DNA of 21,906 nt from a virus. Both the position numbers and the translations under genes were made by a program. The notes under the pieces were generated by a model that did no database searches, was not told where the DNA came from, and saw nothing but the letters and a program-made list of their open reading frames with translations. Of the stretch, positions 8,143 through 17,680 are shown in pieces. Every line of letters starts with the position of its first letter. Positions within the stretch are counted from its first letter, which is position 1. The stretch lies in the UHGV virus genome UHGV-1665900; one strand, given 5' to 3'.

Positions 8143-9467
8143 TGCACTGGCACCTTCAGAGGGATCACCGGCACAAAGCCGGGATGCGTAATGGCATTAC
8201 GCCGGATAATGTCCGCATCACGCGCCGCGTTATCAAACCAGGTCGCCGCCAGCACCAGCGCGGGTAAAACCTCATCCGGTGTGCGCTGAATGATCCGTGC
8301 AGACTGTTCAAGGCGCGTGTTGATATCCGCATTCAGATCTGCTTTCACCCGGCGCAGTGCCAGAAACAGCGCATCACTGGTTGTACGGGACAACTCCTTA
8401 TCAATTGCCGTATTCAGTGTGTCGCGAATGTCAGTCAGTTCTTCCCACGTTGGCAGGTCAACCGTGTTTTTCACCGCCGGTGCATTGTTCAGTGCCGGAT
8501 GCGTGACGGAAGGCCAGCCAGTGCTCTGCGCAGGTGTTGTTGACTGCCCCACTGCGGCATTCTGCATCACCGCGGAAGTTGTTGGCGCAGGCAATCGGGT
8601 GACGGCATACGCCGCTTCGCTGATTGCGGTCGTACGAAGGGTACTGGCAACCTCGTTACGCTGATGCGTCGCCGTGGCGGTGGTTTTACTGTCCGTTTTC
8701 CAGACGCCGCGCGGTTGCAGATCGCTGCCGAGGCTGACACCGGAAAGCGTTTTGATCATGGTGACCAGGTCGCTGGCGTTACCATAAAGGCGTTTCCCGG
8801 TACGCCACATTTTCTGCACCTGCTCAACGAAATTTTTGCCTGACGATGGTGGCGGCAGAAGTACCGAGATATCCCCCTGCAACAGCCTGGCAGCATCCGA
8901 TACGGCAGAATCCACCACTTTCATCGCATCAGAAACATACCCAAGCATTGTGCTGGCATTACCGACGACGTCGTTCTGCACAAAATCCGCCACGCCATCG
9001 ATACTGAAACCGCTGAAGCTGTCACTGATGCAGTCATCCAGTGCAGAACAGGATGACATCAGCGTCTGCGCCGTCGCCGCACCTGATGTGGGGTAAGAGA
9101 GTTCTCCCGCTTCGACAAACTTCAGGTCAAAGCGGACAATACGCCCTTCACTCTTCGATGTGCTGACCCGAACCTCTCCATCAACACAGACTTTCAGCTC
9201 ACCGTAAGTCGGATGGACAAGCGTGCCGGGACCGGGTTTATTCAGCGCGTCAATCAGGCGATCGCGCTGGTCAAAGCAGTCATCTCCCACCACATAAGCC
9301 GTGATGGACGGGCGGAAAGTGATTTTCCCCAGGTCTTCAGTATAGGGTTTGTCGCGGTTCGGGTATTCGTGCGTTTCCACACGACGACCGGTTCCCGCAC
9401 TTTCTTCTTCAACCTTAAACGGCACACCGCGAAATGACGCGTCCTGAAGTCTGTCTTTCCACGTCAT
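8139..9467 (-). CDS. DNA circulation protein (Mu N / gp43-like)
   Basis: ORF with N-terminal motif ...WKDRLQDASFRGVPF.... Preferred start is ATG at 9467 (MTWKDRL) with GGAG about 7 nt upstream, rather than the ORF-track start at 9509. Confidence 0.7.
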   Translation of the reverse strand: MTWKDRLQDASFRGVPFKVEEESAGTGRRVETHEYPNRDKPYTEDLGKITFRPSITAYVVGDDCFDQRDRLIDALNKPGPGTLVHPTYGELKVCVDGEVRVSTSKSEGRIVRFDLKFVEAGELSYPTSGAATAQTLMSSCSALDDCISDSFSGFSIDGVADFVQNDVVGNASTMLGYVSDAMKVVDSAVSDAARLLQGDISVLLPPPSSGKNFVEQVQKMWRTGKRLYGNASDLVTMIKTLSGVSLGSDLQPRGVWKTDSKTTATATHQRNEVASTLRTTAISEAAYAVTRLPAPTTSAVMQNAAVGQSTTPAQSTGWPSVTHPALNNAPAVKNTVDLPTWEELTDIRDTLNTAIDKELSRTTSDALFLALRRVKADLNADINTRLEQSARIIQRTPDEVLPALVLAATWFDNAARDADIIRRNAITHPGFVPVIPLKVPVQ

Positions 9468-9480
9468 ATAAACTCCGTAC

Positions 9481-9506
9481 ATAAAAAATCCCACCGGAGT
9501 GGGACT
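9481..9506 (-). terminator. putative intrinsic terminator (probably partial) between the tape measure and DNA-circulation genes
   Basis: On the minus strand: GC-rich hairpin tcccac-tccg-gtggga followed directly by TTTTTTAT. The stem is only 6 bp. Confidence 0.4.
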
Positions 9507-9527
9507 CATTAACAGATTAATTTTTCA

Positions 9528-11363
9528 TTACCTGCCAAAGCGCGTATAGCCAACATCATGGCTGACATCAAAACCGCTGGATCGCGTTTCCATAACCCGC
9601 ATACCCGGAGGCGAATTCACAAAAGAGACCTTGATCTCACCATCAACTTTTGGCGCAGTAGCTTTATTAATCATGAAGGGATTCGGGCCTGTGGCATCGG
9701 AGGCGTTGTTTGACTGAGCCAGATCTACCGCCGGATAAGGTGTGTATCCCCGTGCCGGTATTCCCGTCCCATAAGCATCATAAGCACCCGCGCCCCACTG
9801 CGCAGAGTTAATGGCATCGACCGTGTCTCCGGAACTGTCGGTAAACCACTCAATAATTGGCTTCAGCTTGTCCCACATATCCTGAAACCACTTAACAACC
9901 GGCCCCCAGTTATTGATCACCATCCCCAGCGGCGACCAGGCAAAAACTTTCTTAAGGAGTTCCCAGCCAGCCTCAAAATAAGGACCAATGGTTTCCCAGA
10001 GCTTCTTGAAATAAGGTCCGACAATATCCCAGTTAGTGATAATTAATCCCGCAGCCAGGGCTATCGCCGTCGCAATCATGCCAATCGGCGTCATCGACAT
10101 GATCCTGCTGACAATGCTGATGGCACTGCCCACGCCCATCAATCCCAGTTTCAGAATCGCAAGACCGGCAGCAAGCCCGACGACGCCGCGAATAACCCGG
10201 GGATTTTCATCCGCAAACTTCGTGAATTTTTCCCCCAACTCCCCCAGCCATTGCGTGATATTTTTAGCGTCACCAGAAAATGCGCCGCCAATAGCTGCAA
10301 GACCGTTAGTTGCGGTCCCCGTCATTGCCTCCCACAGGTTGGACAGCGTACCAAGCTGTGCCTGAACACGTTTATTCAGGCTGGCCTGTTTATGCATCTT
10401 CTGCTGGATCTGATCGTAACCATCCTTTCCTTTATCGATCAGAGCATTGACCACCTGAAGGGTTTCGGCATCATCACCAAATATTGCCTTAAGTACACCG
10501 GTTCGCTTAACGTCGGTCAGTTTTCGCAGCTTTGCCAGTTGCCTGAACATGTTATCAAGACCGCCAAAACTCCCTTTGCCATCAGTAAAATCGAGCTGTA
10601 CCCCGAGTTTCTGGCGGGCCATGATTTTATTGACGTCCCTGATTTTCTTAACGCTTAATCCGGACTGGATAACTTTTCGCAGGGCATTACCTGCCGACTC
10701 CCCGTTCATCCCCATCTGATCCATCATGACACTGATGGGGGCAAGACTCTGTGCAGCCTGAAGACCGTCCTTATTCACCATCTTCAGAACAGAGCTGGTT
10801 TTAGTGAAGAATGACAGCATGTTGGTGTCGTCAACGCCCAGATAAAACGCCTTCTGAATTGTGTCGAACAGCCCCATCATGTCTTCTGAGGCCGTTCCGG
10901 TAGCATCCTGCATCTTTGCGGCAAACTCGGCAGCCGCTTCCGGTGTTTTTTTCAGTTGTACCGCAAGATAAGCTGTCGCTTTACCCACACCACCCAGAAT
11001 GTTTTCTGCCGGGATCCCCTGACGCACCAGCATCTGCATCATGTTCTGGAAATCAGCCGTTGTACCGGGTAGCTGGTTACCCAGGCCAATAGCCAGTTTA
11101 TTGATGTCCTGAAAGCTCTTTCCGACCTCACCGTTCGCATCCATCATGGCAACTTTCAGCCCGGTGGCGGCGTTTTCCTGATCGGCATAAGATTTCAGGG
11201 AAAGCGTCAGACCCGCAGCCAGTCCGCCACCAAGCGCCAGCCCACCCTGTGACGCTTCTTCCGCCTGGCGTTTAAATCCCCGGATTTTCTTTTGCATTTT
11301 CGACAGCGCGGGAGAAAGCCTGTCGACACCGGTGATCAACGCCTTAAGCTCAAATTCAGCCAT
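9528..11363 (-). CDS. tail tape measure protein
   Basis: 611-aa ORF, Ala/Gly/Leu-rich with hydrophobic stretches, directly after the chaperone frameshift pair and before the baseplate genes. Confidence 0.85.
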   Translation of the reverse strand: MAEFELKALITGVDRLSPALSKMQKKIRGFKRQAEEASQGGLALGGGLAAGLTLSLKSYADQENAATGLKVAMMDANGEVGKSFQDINKLAIGLGNQLPGTTADFQNMMQMLVRQGIPAENILGGVGKATAYLAVQLKKTPEAAAEFAAKMQDATGTASEDMMGLFDTIQKAFYLGVDDTNMLSFFTKTSSVLKMVNKDGLQAAQSLAPISVMMDQMGMNGESAGNALRKVIQSGLSVKKIRDVNKIMARQKLGVQLDFTDGKGSFGGLDNMFRQLAKLRKLTDVKRTGVLKAIFGDDAETLQVVNALIDKGKDGYDQIQQKMHKQASLNKRVQAQLGTLSNLWEAMTGTATNGLAAIGGAFSGDAKNITQWLGELGEKFTKFADENPRVIRGVVGLAAGLAILKLGLMGVGSAISIVSRIMSMTPIGMIATAIALAAGLIITNWDIVGPYFKKLWETIGPYFEAGWELLKKVFAWSPLGMVINNWGPVVKWFQDMWDKLKPIIEWFTDSSGDTVDAINSAQWGAGAYDAYGTGIPARGYTPYPAVDLAQSNNASDATGPNPFMINKATAPKVDGEIKVSFVNSPPGMRVMETRSSGFDVSHDVGYTRFGR

Positions 11364-11774
11364 GTGTGCGTTTCTCCTGCTCTATCCTGTTTGCCTGACT
11401 GACCAGCAAGGGAATTTCACTGATCGGCATATTCAGCAATTCGAAGGGATTAATGCGCCAGTAGCTGGCGCAGTCAAAGAAGCGATCAGTGAGGTATTCA
11501 GCCGTCAGGCCTGGAGGAAAAAACCAGCCACAAGCCACGCCGCTGCATTCAGGTCTGCCGGAGACATCTGGTCGACAGAGCTTTGCGGCACTTTCGCCAG
11601 CCGCACAATGTATTTCGACACCACATGCGCCAGAAGTCTGACGGACTCATCCTGATTCATCTGGTAGGGATACCCCAGCTCGCGGACATCCTTCCCGGTG
11701 GGTTCATCAAACTCCAGTACGGAGAGTGTCTCACCATGAGCGATAATCGGTTTCTTTAACTCAAGCTCTTTCAT
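11356..11774 (-). CDS. tail assembly chaperone, long form made by programmed -1 frameshift (G-T-like fusion)
   Basis: The 89-aa ORF (11505..11774) and the 60-aa -1-frame ORF (11356..11538) overlap at a T_TTT_TTC slippery heptamer (plus-strand 11517..11523). The -1 frame ends 8 nt inside the tape measure start. Confidence 0.55.
11505..11774 (-). CDS. tail assembly chaperone, short form
   Basis: 89-aa ORF between the tube and tape measure genes. Confidence 0.7.
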   Translation of the reverse strand: MKELELKKPIIAHGETLSVLEFDEPTGKDVRELGYPYQMNQDESVRLLAHVVSKYIVRLAKVPQSSVDQMSPADLNAAAWLVAGFFLQA

Positions 11775-12130
11775 TACTGGTAATCCCCTTCTTCACCGTG
11801 AAATTCAATATCGACCGTGCCTTCTTCGGCATTATGGTTCGCTTCGCCGTGCAGCCAGGCTGACGACAATACATAGACCTGACCGTTCGCCAGCTCGGCA
11901 GTGATGGTCATCTCATCAGACGAGGTGATTTTGCTCACCGGAAAATTCTTCGGCACCTTGAAGGTCCCTTTGACATAAGGCGCACGGTGAGTTTCCTTGC
12001 GGTCCACTGAACCGTCCAGGCCGATGATGTCATCATTGACCGTCCTGTTCATGGGCACCTCAATGCCGCCGGTCAGCGATAGCTGCTGACCGTCAATTTT
12101 GAAATAACAGGTTCCCCCGATACGGGCCAT
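11774..12130 (-). CDS. tail tube protein (Mu M-like)
   Basis: 118-aa ORF immediately downstream of the sheath gene, with start/stop overlap. Confidence 0.8.
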   Translation of the reverse strand: MARIGGTCYFKIDGQQLSLTGGIEVPMNRTVNDDIIGLDGSVDRKETHRAPYVKGTFKVPKNFPVSKITSSDEMTITAELANGQVYVLSSAWLHGEANHNAEEGTVDIEFHGEEGDYQ

Positions 12131-13626
12131 TATGCGGACTCCTCTGAATACTGAAGACGGAACTGGTTAACCACGGCAAAGACACGCAGCTGGTTAACAT
12201 AGTCAGGCGGGAACAGCGTGTTCAGGCGATTTGGATCGCTGGCATCACGCTCCACAACCAGGTACTGCTTAAACAGTTCGTAGTTTTCCACGATGCCCGC
12301 ACGCTCGAGCTGACGGTAGGTTGCCAGCAGTTCGCCTTTGATTACCGCCGGGGTGACAATCGCCTGACCGGGACCAAAGCGGGTACCGTCGCTGGCAAGC
12401 TTGTGACGCCCGTACTTACTGGTAATGACGGATTTCAGTTTGCGCAGTACATACGCACTGGTATGCAGCGTCTCGCTGTCGAGGTAGCTGTTATCCGCAA
12501 CCCCGTAAGCATTTTTCCTGTACGTGGTGACATCACGCTGAATGCGCAGCACCCCGCTTTCGACATACGCCGTTGCCACGCCATGAGACAGCAGGGTCTG
12601 CTGCTCGGTCATCGTGAACCGTTTCCCCTTCGGCGCAGGCAGCATACCCACCAGCTCACCGGTCTGCGTGGGACGTGCCGGATCGTTGCGGATAAACACC
12701 GCTGCGCGGGCGGTACGGCTTGCCGCCAGCTCGTCGGCAGGCGTCTGGGTCTCTTTTTCGTACCCCGCCAGGGTGATGTGCTGCTGGTTAAACTGGTCAC
12801 CTGCGTTCACCAGTTCTGACAGTGTGCCGGTCTTTGCCGTATACACATGACCATACAGCTGACGCGCATAGCTCCAGCGACCGCTGGTATCGTTCATCTC
12901 GGTCACCAGCGTGTTAACGGAGGCCGTGTCGTTGAACGGCAGACCGATATAATCAAACGGCTCATCCGCCATTGCAGCCACCGCACCGGTGAGAACCGGA
13001 GCGCCCGTTCCGGCGGTCCCCGTCGCCACGGCAATCTGTACGCCCGCTGGCAGCACTTCGCCCCCACCGAAGCCGTAGTAATTGAGGCTGACAGGAATTT
13101 CATTCCCACAAAGCCCCTTATGACGCGCGGTCAGCGTGACAACACCAGCCGAAGATGAAGCTGTAAACGGCAGAGTCGGAACGGCATTGATGGCATCTTT
13201 GATACTGCTGGCAATCGTCGTGACGTTATCGCCGTTGGTCACCGGAGCCTGCACGCGGGTACGTCCCACATAGACATTCACCGTGCCGCTTTCGGTTGCT
13301 TCCCCGGTCACCGTCAGCGTAACCGTTGCCGCCGCGCCTGTGGCTTCCGGAACGGCAATCACATACAGCTCACCAAACGGGTCGGTCTGGCGATAAGCCT
13401 CGACCATACGCGCCAGCTGACTTCCCGCACCACAAATCTGGCGTGCATAGTCTGCCGACGGCATCAGCACCAGACTGTTGGCAACAATCTCTGCACCGTT
13501 ATTGGCATGACCAATCAGCAGCGATGCTCCGCTGTCCTGTGCAGTATTCGCAGCCTGGTTATCCATTTCCGCATAAAACAGCGGAACCAGCGTATTCGAC
13601 GGAATGGTGTTAAAGCTTATCGTCAT
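12130..13626 (-). CDS. contractile tail sheath protein (Mu L-like)
   Basis: 498-aa ORF with AAGGTG RBS; size and position typical of a sheath gene. Confidence 0.85.
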   Translation of the reverse strand: MTISFNTIPSNTLVPLFYAEMDNQAANTAQDSGASLLIGHANNGAEIVANSLVLMPSADYARQICGAGSQLARMVEAYRQTDPFGELYVIAVPEATGAAATVTLTVTGEATESGTVNVYVGRTRVQAPVTNGDNVTTIASSIKDAINAVPTLPFTASSSAGVVTLTARHKGLCGNEIPVSLNYYGFGGGEVLPAGVQIAVATGTAGTGAPVLTGAVAAMADEPFDYIGLPFNDTASVNTLVTEMNDTSGRWSYARQLYGHVYTAKTGTLSELVNAGDQFNQQHITLAGYEKETQTPADELAASRTARAAVFIRNDPARPTQTGELVGMLPAPKGKRFTMTEQQTLLSHGVATAYVESGVLRIQRDVTTYRKNAYGVADNSYLDSETLHTSAYVLRKLKSVITSKYGRHKLASDGTRFGPGQAIVTPAVIKGELLATYRQLERAGIVENYELFKQYLVVERDASDPNRLNTLFPPDYVNQLRVFAVVNQFRLQYSEESA

Positions 13627-13780
13627 CGGTGTTCACCTTTTTATTCACGCGCCGGATATCACCCGCTGCTTCACGGCGCAGCCAGTAGTTGTTCTCATCA
13701 ACATTTCGCCCTTCGGCGGGCAAAAGGTCGCCGCGGGCAGGGTCAGGCACTGACCGCCCTTTAACAGGTTTCACAAACAT
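13610..13780 (-). CDS. small hypothetical protein, 56 aa, upstream of the sheath gene
   Basis: Hand-translated (below the ORF-track length cut-off): ATG at 13780 with GAGGA 6 nt upstream gives MFVKPVKGRSVPDPARGDLLPAEGRNVDENNYWLRREAAGDIRRVNKKVNTDDDKL*. It overlaps the sheath start by 17 nt. Confidence 0.4.
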   Translation of the reverse strand: MFVKPVKGRSVPDPARGDLLPAEGRNVDENNYWLRREAAGDIRRVNKKVNTDDDKL

Positions 13781-13788
13781 GATGATCC

Positions 13789-14349
13789 TCAGGAAGGAAG
13801 GGGTATTTCGGTGTGATGTTCGATATCGCCGTCAGGCCCGTTACCGGGATCGAGATAATCAACATCAATCGCCAGCGTTCGCAGTTCATCCAGACTGTTC
13901 AGGTCATCCTGCTGGCGGGTATCGTCTTCGGTCAGCTCGCTGATGACCGAAAAATCGAACTGATAAATCAGCTCATGACGATTCAGATCCAGCAGCGTGC
14001 CGCCGTCATAGGTAATCGGGTTACCGCACGCTTCCGGGTTCCAGCCCAGCAGAGCCTTAAAGAGCATCTGCCGGACATCGTCCACCACATCATACGAGGC
14101 AAACTGACCGCGCTCATCACGCCAGTTACTCAGTATGACAACCACGGAGAAGCCCTCTTTCAGCTCCTGCCAGTAGTCGGTCTGGCTTTTGTTTTCTCCC
14201 GGAGAGTCATCACCCGGTACCACATATGCCGCCGGGAGTTTCAGCTTTCCGACCTCCGGCAGATTTTTGAACTGGGCCGCGCCTGCAACCCGGTTTTCAA
14301 AATACGGACAGCGGGCACGCAGTGCAGCAATAACAGGCGTCAGTTTCAT
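13789..14349 (-). CDS. tail-proximal virion protein (Mu gp37-like / tail completion)
   Basis: 186-aa acidic ORF between the head-tail joining genes and the sheath gene; assignment is by position. Confidence 0.55.
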   Translation of the reverse strand: MKLTPVIAALRARCPYFENRVAGAAQFKNLPEVGKLKLPAAYVVPGDDSPGENKSQTDYWQELKEGFSVVVILSNWRDERGQFASYDVVDDVRQMLFKALLGWNPEACGNPITYDGGTLLDLNRHELIYQFDFSVISELTEDDTRQQDDLNSLDELRTLAIDVDYLDPGNGPDGDIEHHTEIPLPS

Positions 14350-14852
14350 CTGTGTCGTCGCTCCGGCTTCAGTGATTTACGCAATTCCCGCGCCAGAAAA
14401 TAGCGTGTCCAACTGCGGTTCTTTTCAAGCGTTTCCACCATGAAGTTATTACGTGGAGCCAGTCGCCAGCCGCTGCCACCGGATGCACCACGATGATGGC
14501 TGCGACGACGCTTTGCCCCTCGCCTCACGCCATAGAACAAAAAAGCCGGATAAAAATCACCGGTGATACGGCGGTTTCCCTCTCCATTACGCTGGTTAGG
14601 GGCTATACGTGCCATAAAACCAGGGCGATGTTTACTGGCTCTGGGTACCATGTAACCAATCGAACGAGCCAGGCGTCCGGTCTGATAACCGGGGTTTTCA
14701 CCCGGTGCCGACCGCGCACGGCGCATCACCAGCCGACGGGCATCACGCATATGACGCTGACCAATCGTGACAAACGCCCGCCGGACACGGGCGCGGTTAA
14801 AGCGCATCTCCGCGGGCTGCTGAAAATCAACGTGCAAAAAGGAAGTCGTCAT
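14346..14852 (-). CDS. virion morphogenesis / head-tail joining protein, very Arg-rich
   Basis: 168-aa strongly basic ORF in the head-tail joining block; assignment is by position. Confidence 0.5.
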   Translation of the reverse strand: MTTSFLHVDFQQPAEMRFNRARVRRAFVTIGQRHMRDARRLVMRRARSAPGENPGYQTGRLARSIGYMVPRASKHRPGFMARIAPNQRNGEGNRRITGDFYPAFLFYGVRRGAKRRRSHHRGASGGSGWRLAPRNNFMVETLEKNRSWTRYFLARELRKSLKPERRHR

Positions 14853-15237
14853 TGTTGCCTCCGTGACTCTGCCTACATTCGCCCAGCTCCGTACACTCCA
14901 GCAGCAGAAAGCGCCGCGCCCCGTTCAGATCGCGCTGACGTTTCACCCGGTACACACTGTCACCGCAGACCACCTCATAATCAGCGGTGATCCCCCGGCG
15001 GTAACGAATGGTGATGTAATGGGTGATGGCGTCCCCGGTCTGCGCGGTTTCCTGCCAGGTGGTGGCACTGGTCTGGATAACCTTCGCCCATGTCCGGAAC
15101 GTAACCGGGTATTGAGGCTCCACGCCAAAGTTATCCACGGGCATATCCACCCGCAGGCGGATCAGGACGCGTTTATTCAGTTCACCGGGGTCCGGCAGAA
15201 TGTAGGTTGCGCTGGTCTGCGCCTGACGAATTTTCAT
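14827..15237 (-). CDS. head-tail adaptor / head closure protein
   Basis: 136-aa ORF directly after the gp6-like connector; order as in HK97-type head modules. Confidence 0.55.
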   Translation of the reverse strand: MKIRQAQTSATYILPDPGELNKRVLIRLRVDMPVDNFGVEPQYPVTFRTWAKVIQTSATTWQETAQTGDAITHYITIRYRRGITADYEVVCGDSVYRVKRQRDLNGARRFLLLECTELGECRQSHGGNNDDFLFAR

Positions 15238-15557
15238 TGCGGAAAGTACCTGTACGGGCCGACAAGCCAGCCAAAACTCTGCGGCATGTCGAGTTTCTCC
15301 ACTTCCGTAACCGACGAGCGGTTTTCGTAAAAATGGCTGATAAGCATCAGCATCCCCAGACGAATATCATCCGGCAGGTGCAGCCCGTCCGGATCGCTGT
15401 CCGGAATGGTTTCATCCGGTGCATAGAGCTTCCGGTTCAGATACGTTTCCGTCCGCTTTTGTGCCGCACATGCCAGCAGTTGTAGATGGCGGTCATCAGT
15501 ATCGAAATCCTCATCCAGCCGGAGTTGGGCTTTAATCTCTTCCATTGTCAGAAGCAT
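15234..15557 (-). CDS. head-tail connector protein (HK97 gp6-like)
   Basis: 107-aa ORF with N-terminus MLLTMEEIKAQLRLDEDFDTDD..., characteristic of gp6-like connectors. Confidence 0.65.
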   Translation of the reverse strand: MLLTMEEIKAQLRLDEDFDTDDRHLQLLACAAQKRTETYLNRKLYAPDETIPDSDPDGLHLPDDIRLGMLMLISHFYENRSSVTEVEKLDMPQSFGWLVGPYRYFPQ

Positions 15558-15559
15558 AC

Positions 15560-15760
15560 TCAGCCCTCTTTACTGGTCGTGGCTTTTTTCTCTTTTGCCG
15601 CTTTACTGCTTTTTGCACTGATTCCGCGCTCTGCTAACCCGGCCTGAAGTGCAATCTCCTGCACCCGGGCAGGAAGCGCCCCGTCGTCATACTCACCGGC
15701 CCGAATGACCTCAACACGCATACCGTCCGGTGACCATTTCAGATCTTGTTTCAGGATCAT
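15560..15760 (-). CDS. small hypothetical protein, 66 aa, Lys-rich C-terminus
   Basis: ORF between the capsid and connector genes; weak RBS. Confidence 0.4.
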   Translation of the reverse strand: MILKQDLKWSPDGMRVEVIRAGEYDDGALPARVQEIALQAGLAERGISAKSSKAAKEKKATTSKEG

Positions 15761-15782
15761 GATTCTTCACCCGTCAGAACAG

Positions 15783-15802
15783 GGGGCGCGGTTCCGCGCC
15801 CC
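15783..15802 (-). promoter_or_regulatory. GC-rich stem-loop immediately 3' of the major capsid gene
   Basis: Perfect palindrome ggggcgcgg-tt-ccgcgcccc; no U-tract follows on the coding strand. Confidence 0.45.
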
Positions 15803-15809
15803 TGAGTGA

Positions 15810-17015
15810 TTACGCCGCTGCAATCTTCAGCAGTTTGATGGCCTGCGAATCGACCAGCATCCCGCCGGTGCGCTTGGTGGTATAAAAACCGACAAACGGT
15901 TTATTGGTGTACGGGTCACGCAGAATGCGGGTGCCGATACGGTCAACGATGGTGTAACCCCGTTTGAAGTTACCAAATGCAATGGCTTTCGCATCAGCGG
16001 CGATATCCGGCATCTGTTCGTTTTCAGCGATACCGTAACCCGCCAGAGAGGACGGCTGCCCCAGTTCCAGCCCCGGACGCCACAGATAGTTACCCTCGGT
16101 GTCTTTCAGCAAACGGATGGCAAACAGGCTGTTGTTGTTCATCATGAACTTCGCGCCGGTGCGGTGTGCCTTTCGCAGCGTGTAAATCAGTTTGATAATG
16201 GCGTCTGCGGTCACCCCCGTCGCTTCGCCGGATACAATATGCTGAAGTTTGCCGAACGCCCGGACCTTATCGGTTTCATCGGTGGATTCATACGCCAGGA
16301 ACCCTTTCGGCTTCTTGGTACCATCGCCTGAGGTAAAGGCAATTTCTTCCTGTTCGGCAAATTCGGTTGCCAGCTCGCTGTTGATCCAGGCCTCCACGTT
16401 GAAGAAGGCATCGTCCAGCATTTTCTGGGTAGCCTGCGGGTTGCCGTAGATTTCCCCCATGAGAGGTTCAATCAGCTCCAGTCTGGAGGTGGCAGTCTGG
16501 GATCGCGTATCCGTTTCCCCCACCCATCCGGAAGCCGTACCGCCCAGATTCACCAGTTTTTTGTAGTCGGAACCGCCAACGGTGATCACCGTGGCTTCCT
16601 GACGCATCACCACTTCATCTTTCAGCAGGTTAAGAATGTTGCGATCCAGTTCTTCCGGCACGGCGTAGCCACCGTCTTCATTGGTGCCCACCTGCAATGC
16701 CTTACGCTCCAGATCGCGCAGACCGTCTTCACGGCCTTTACGCAGGAAGCCCACAAACGCCTCTTTATGCTCGGTGGCCAGTTTATTTTGCGCTCCACCT
16801 GCCGGACGTTTCAGCTCAAGCAGCTCTTTTTCAAGATCGCTTTTGAGGTTTTCCAGCTCGCTGAGTTTCCCGTTCAGGGTTTCCACCTGCCCGGCAAGTT
16901 TGCCTTTTTCCTGCTCAATCGCATCCACGCGCTTGTCGTTCTTTGCTTTGAAGTCGTCAAACTTCTGCTGCAGCTCCTGCGCGACCTGTTCGACATCTTT
17001 AATATCAACCGCCAT
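15810..17015 (-). CDS. major capsid protein, HK97 type, with coiled-coil N-terminal domain
   Basis: 401-aa ORF with AGGAG RBS; N-terminus ...VEQVAQELQQKFDDFKAKNDKRVDAIEQEKGKLAGQVETLNGKLSELENLKSDLEKELLELKRP; follows the protease gene. Confidence 0.85.
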   Translation of the reverse strand: MAVDIKDVEQVAQELQQKFDDFKAKNDKRVDAIEQEKGKLAGQVETLNGKLSELENLKSDLEKELLELKRPAGGAQNKLATEHKEAFVGFLRKGREDGLRDLERKALQVGTNEDGGYAVPEELDRNILNLLKDEVVMRQEATVITVGGSDYKKLVNLGGTASGWVGETDTRSQTATSRLELIEPLMGEIYGNPQATQKMLDDAFFNVEAWINSELATEFAEQEEIAFTSGDGTKKPKGFLAYESTDETDKVRAFGKLQHIVSGEATGVTADAIIKLIYTLRKAHRTGAKFMMNNNSLFAIRLLKDTEGNYLWRPGLELGQPSSLAGYGIAENEQMPDIAADAKAIAFGNFKRGYTIVDRIGTRILRDPYTNKPFVGFYTTKRTGGMLVDSQAIKLLKIAAA

Positions 17016-17029
17016 CGTATTTCTCCTGA

Positions 17030-17680
17030 TTAGAAGTTCAGATTTTTCAGTGCATTCAGTGCAGAGCCCACATCCTCAGCGTCGCGCAGGGACAGTGCGC
17101 CATAGCCCCCGGCCATGAATGCTTTGGCCTGGGTACGGGAGAGTCCGACATCACGCAGGACTCTTTCGATTTTTTTCTGTTCGGGGATTTCCCCGCGGGC
17201 CAGTGCGTTCTTGACGTCGCTGATCCGCGCCTCGTCGTTAGACGGGAACGTCACCAGGCTGACTTCCCAGAGGTCGATTTCTTTCAGCAGAAAGGCTTCT
17301 TTGCTCCGGTCGTATTCCCAGTCTTTCAGGACGTACCCAATAGAAAGACCGGTTAACGAACCGGCCTTCATGTGTGCATGTGCGCGTTTTGCGAGGGGAT
17401 CATCATCAATAAGCAACCGTCCCCTGACGTAAAGCCCGACATCGTCTTCCTTCATTTCGGTGTAAACACCGATGGGTTCATCCATGCGGTGCTGCCAGAG
17501 CAGCGCAGGTAACGCTTTTCTGTCACTCCACGCCCGCAGGGAAGCAGCAAATGCCCCGGACATCACCACATCATCGTGGCTGTCCTTTACACCAAAGACG
17601 GAGCCATACCCTTCAAACTCACCGGAGTCACTGACAGATTTCAGACTCAGCGGTACATCAAGACGTTGTTTCGTCTGCAT
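17030..17680 (-). CDS. prohead protease, HK97 family
   Basis: Motif ...EFEGYGSVFGVKDSHDDVV.... Preferred start is ATG at 17680 (MQTKQRL) with AAGGA RBS, just after the portal stop, rather than the ORF-track start at 17716. Confidence 0.8.
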   Translation of the reverse strand: MQTKQRLDVPLSLKSVSDSGEFEGYGSVFGVKDSHDDVVMSGAFAASLRAWSDRKALPALLWQHRMDEPIGVYTEMKEDDVGLYVRGRLLIDDDPLAKRAHAHMKAGSLTGLSIGYVLKDWEYDRSKEAFLLKEIDLWEVSLVTFPSNDEARISDVKNALARGEIPEQKKIERVLRDVGLSRTQAKAFMAGGYGALSLRDAEDVGSALNALKNLNF

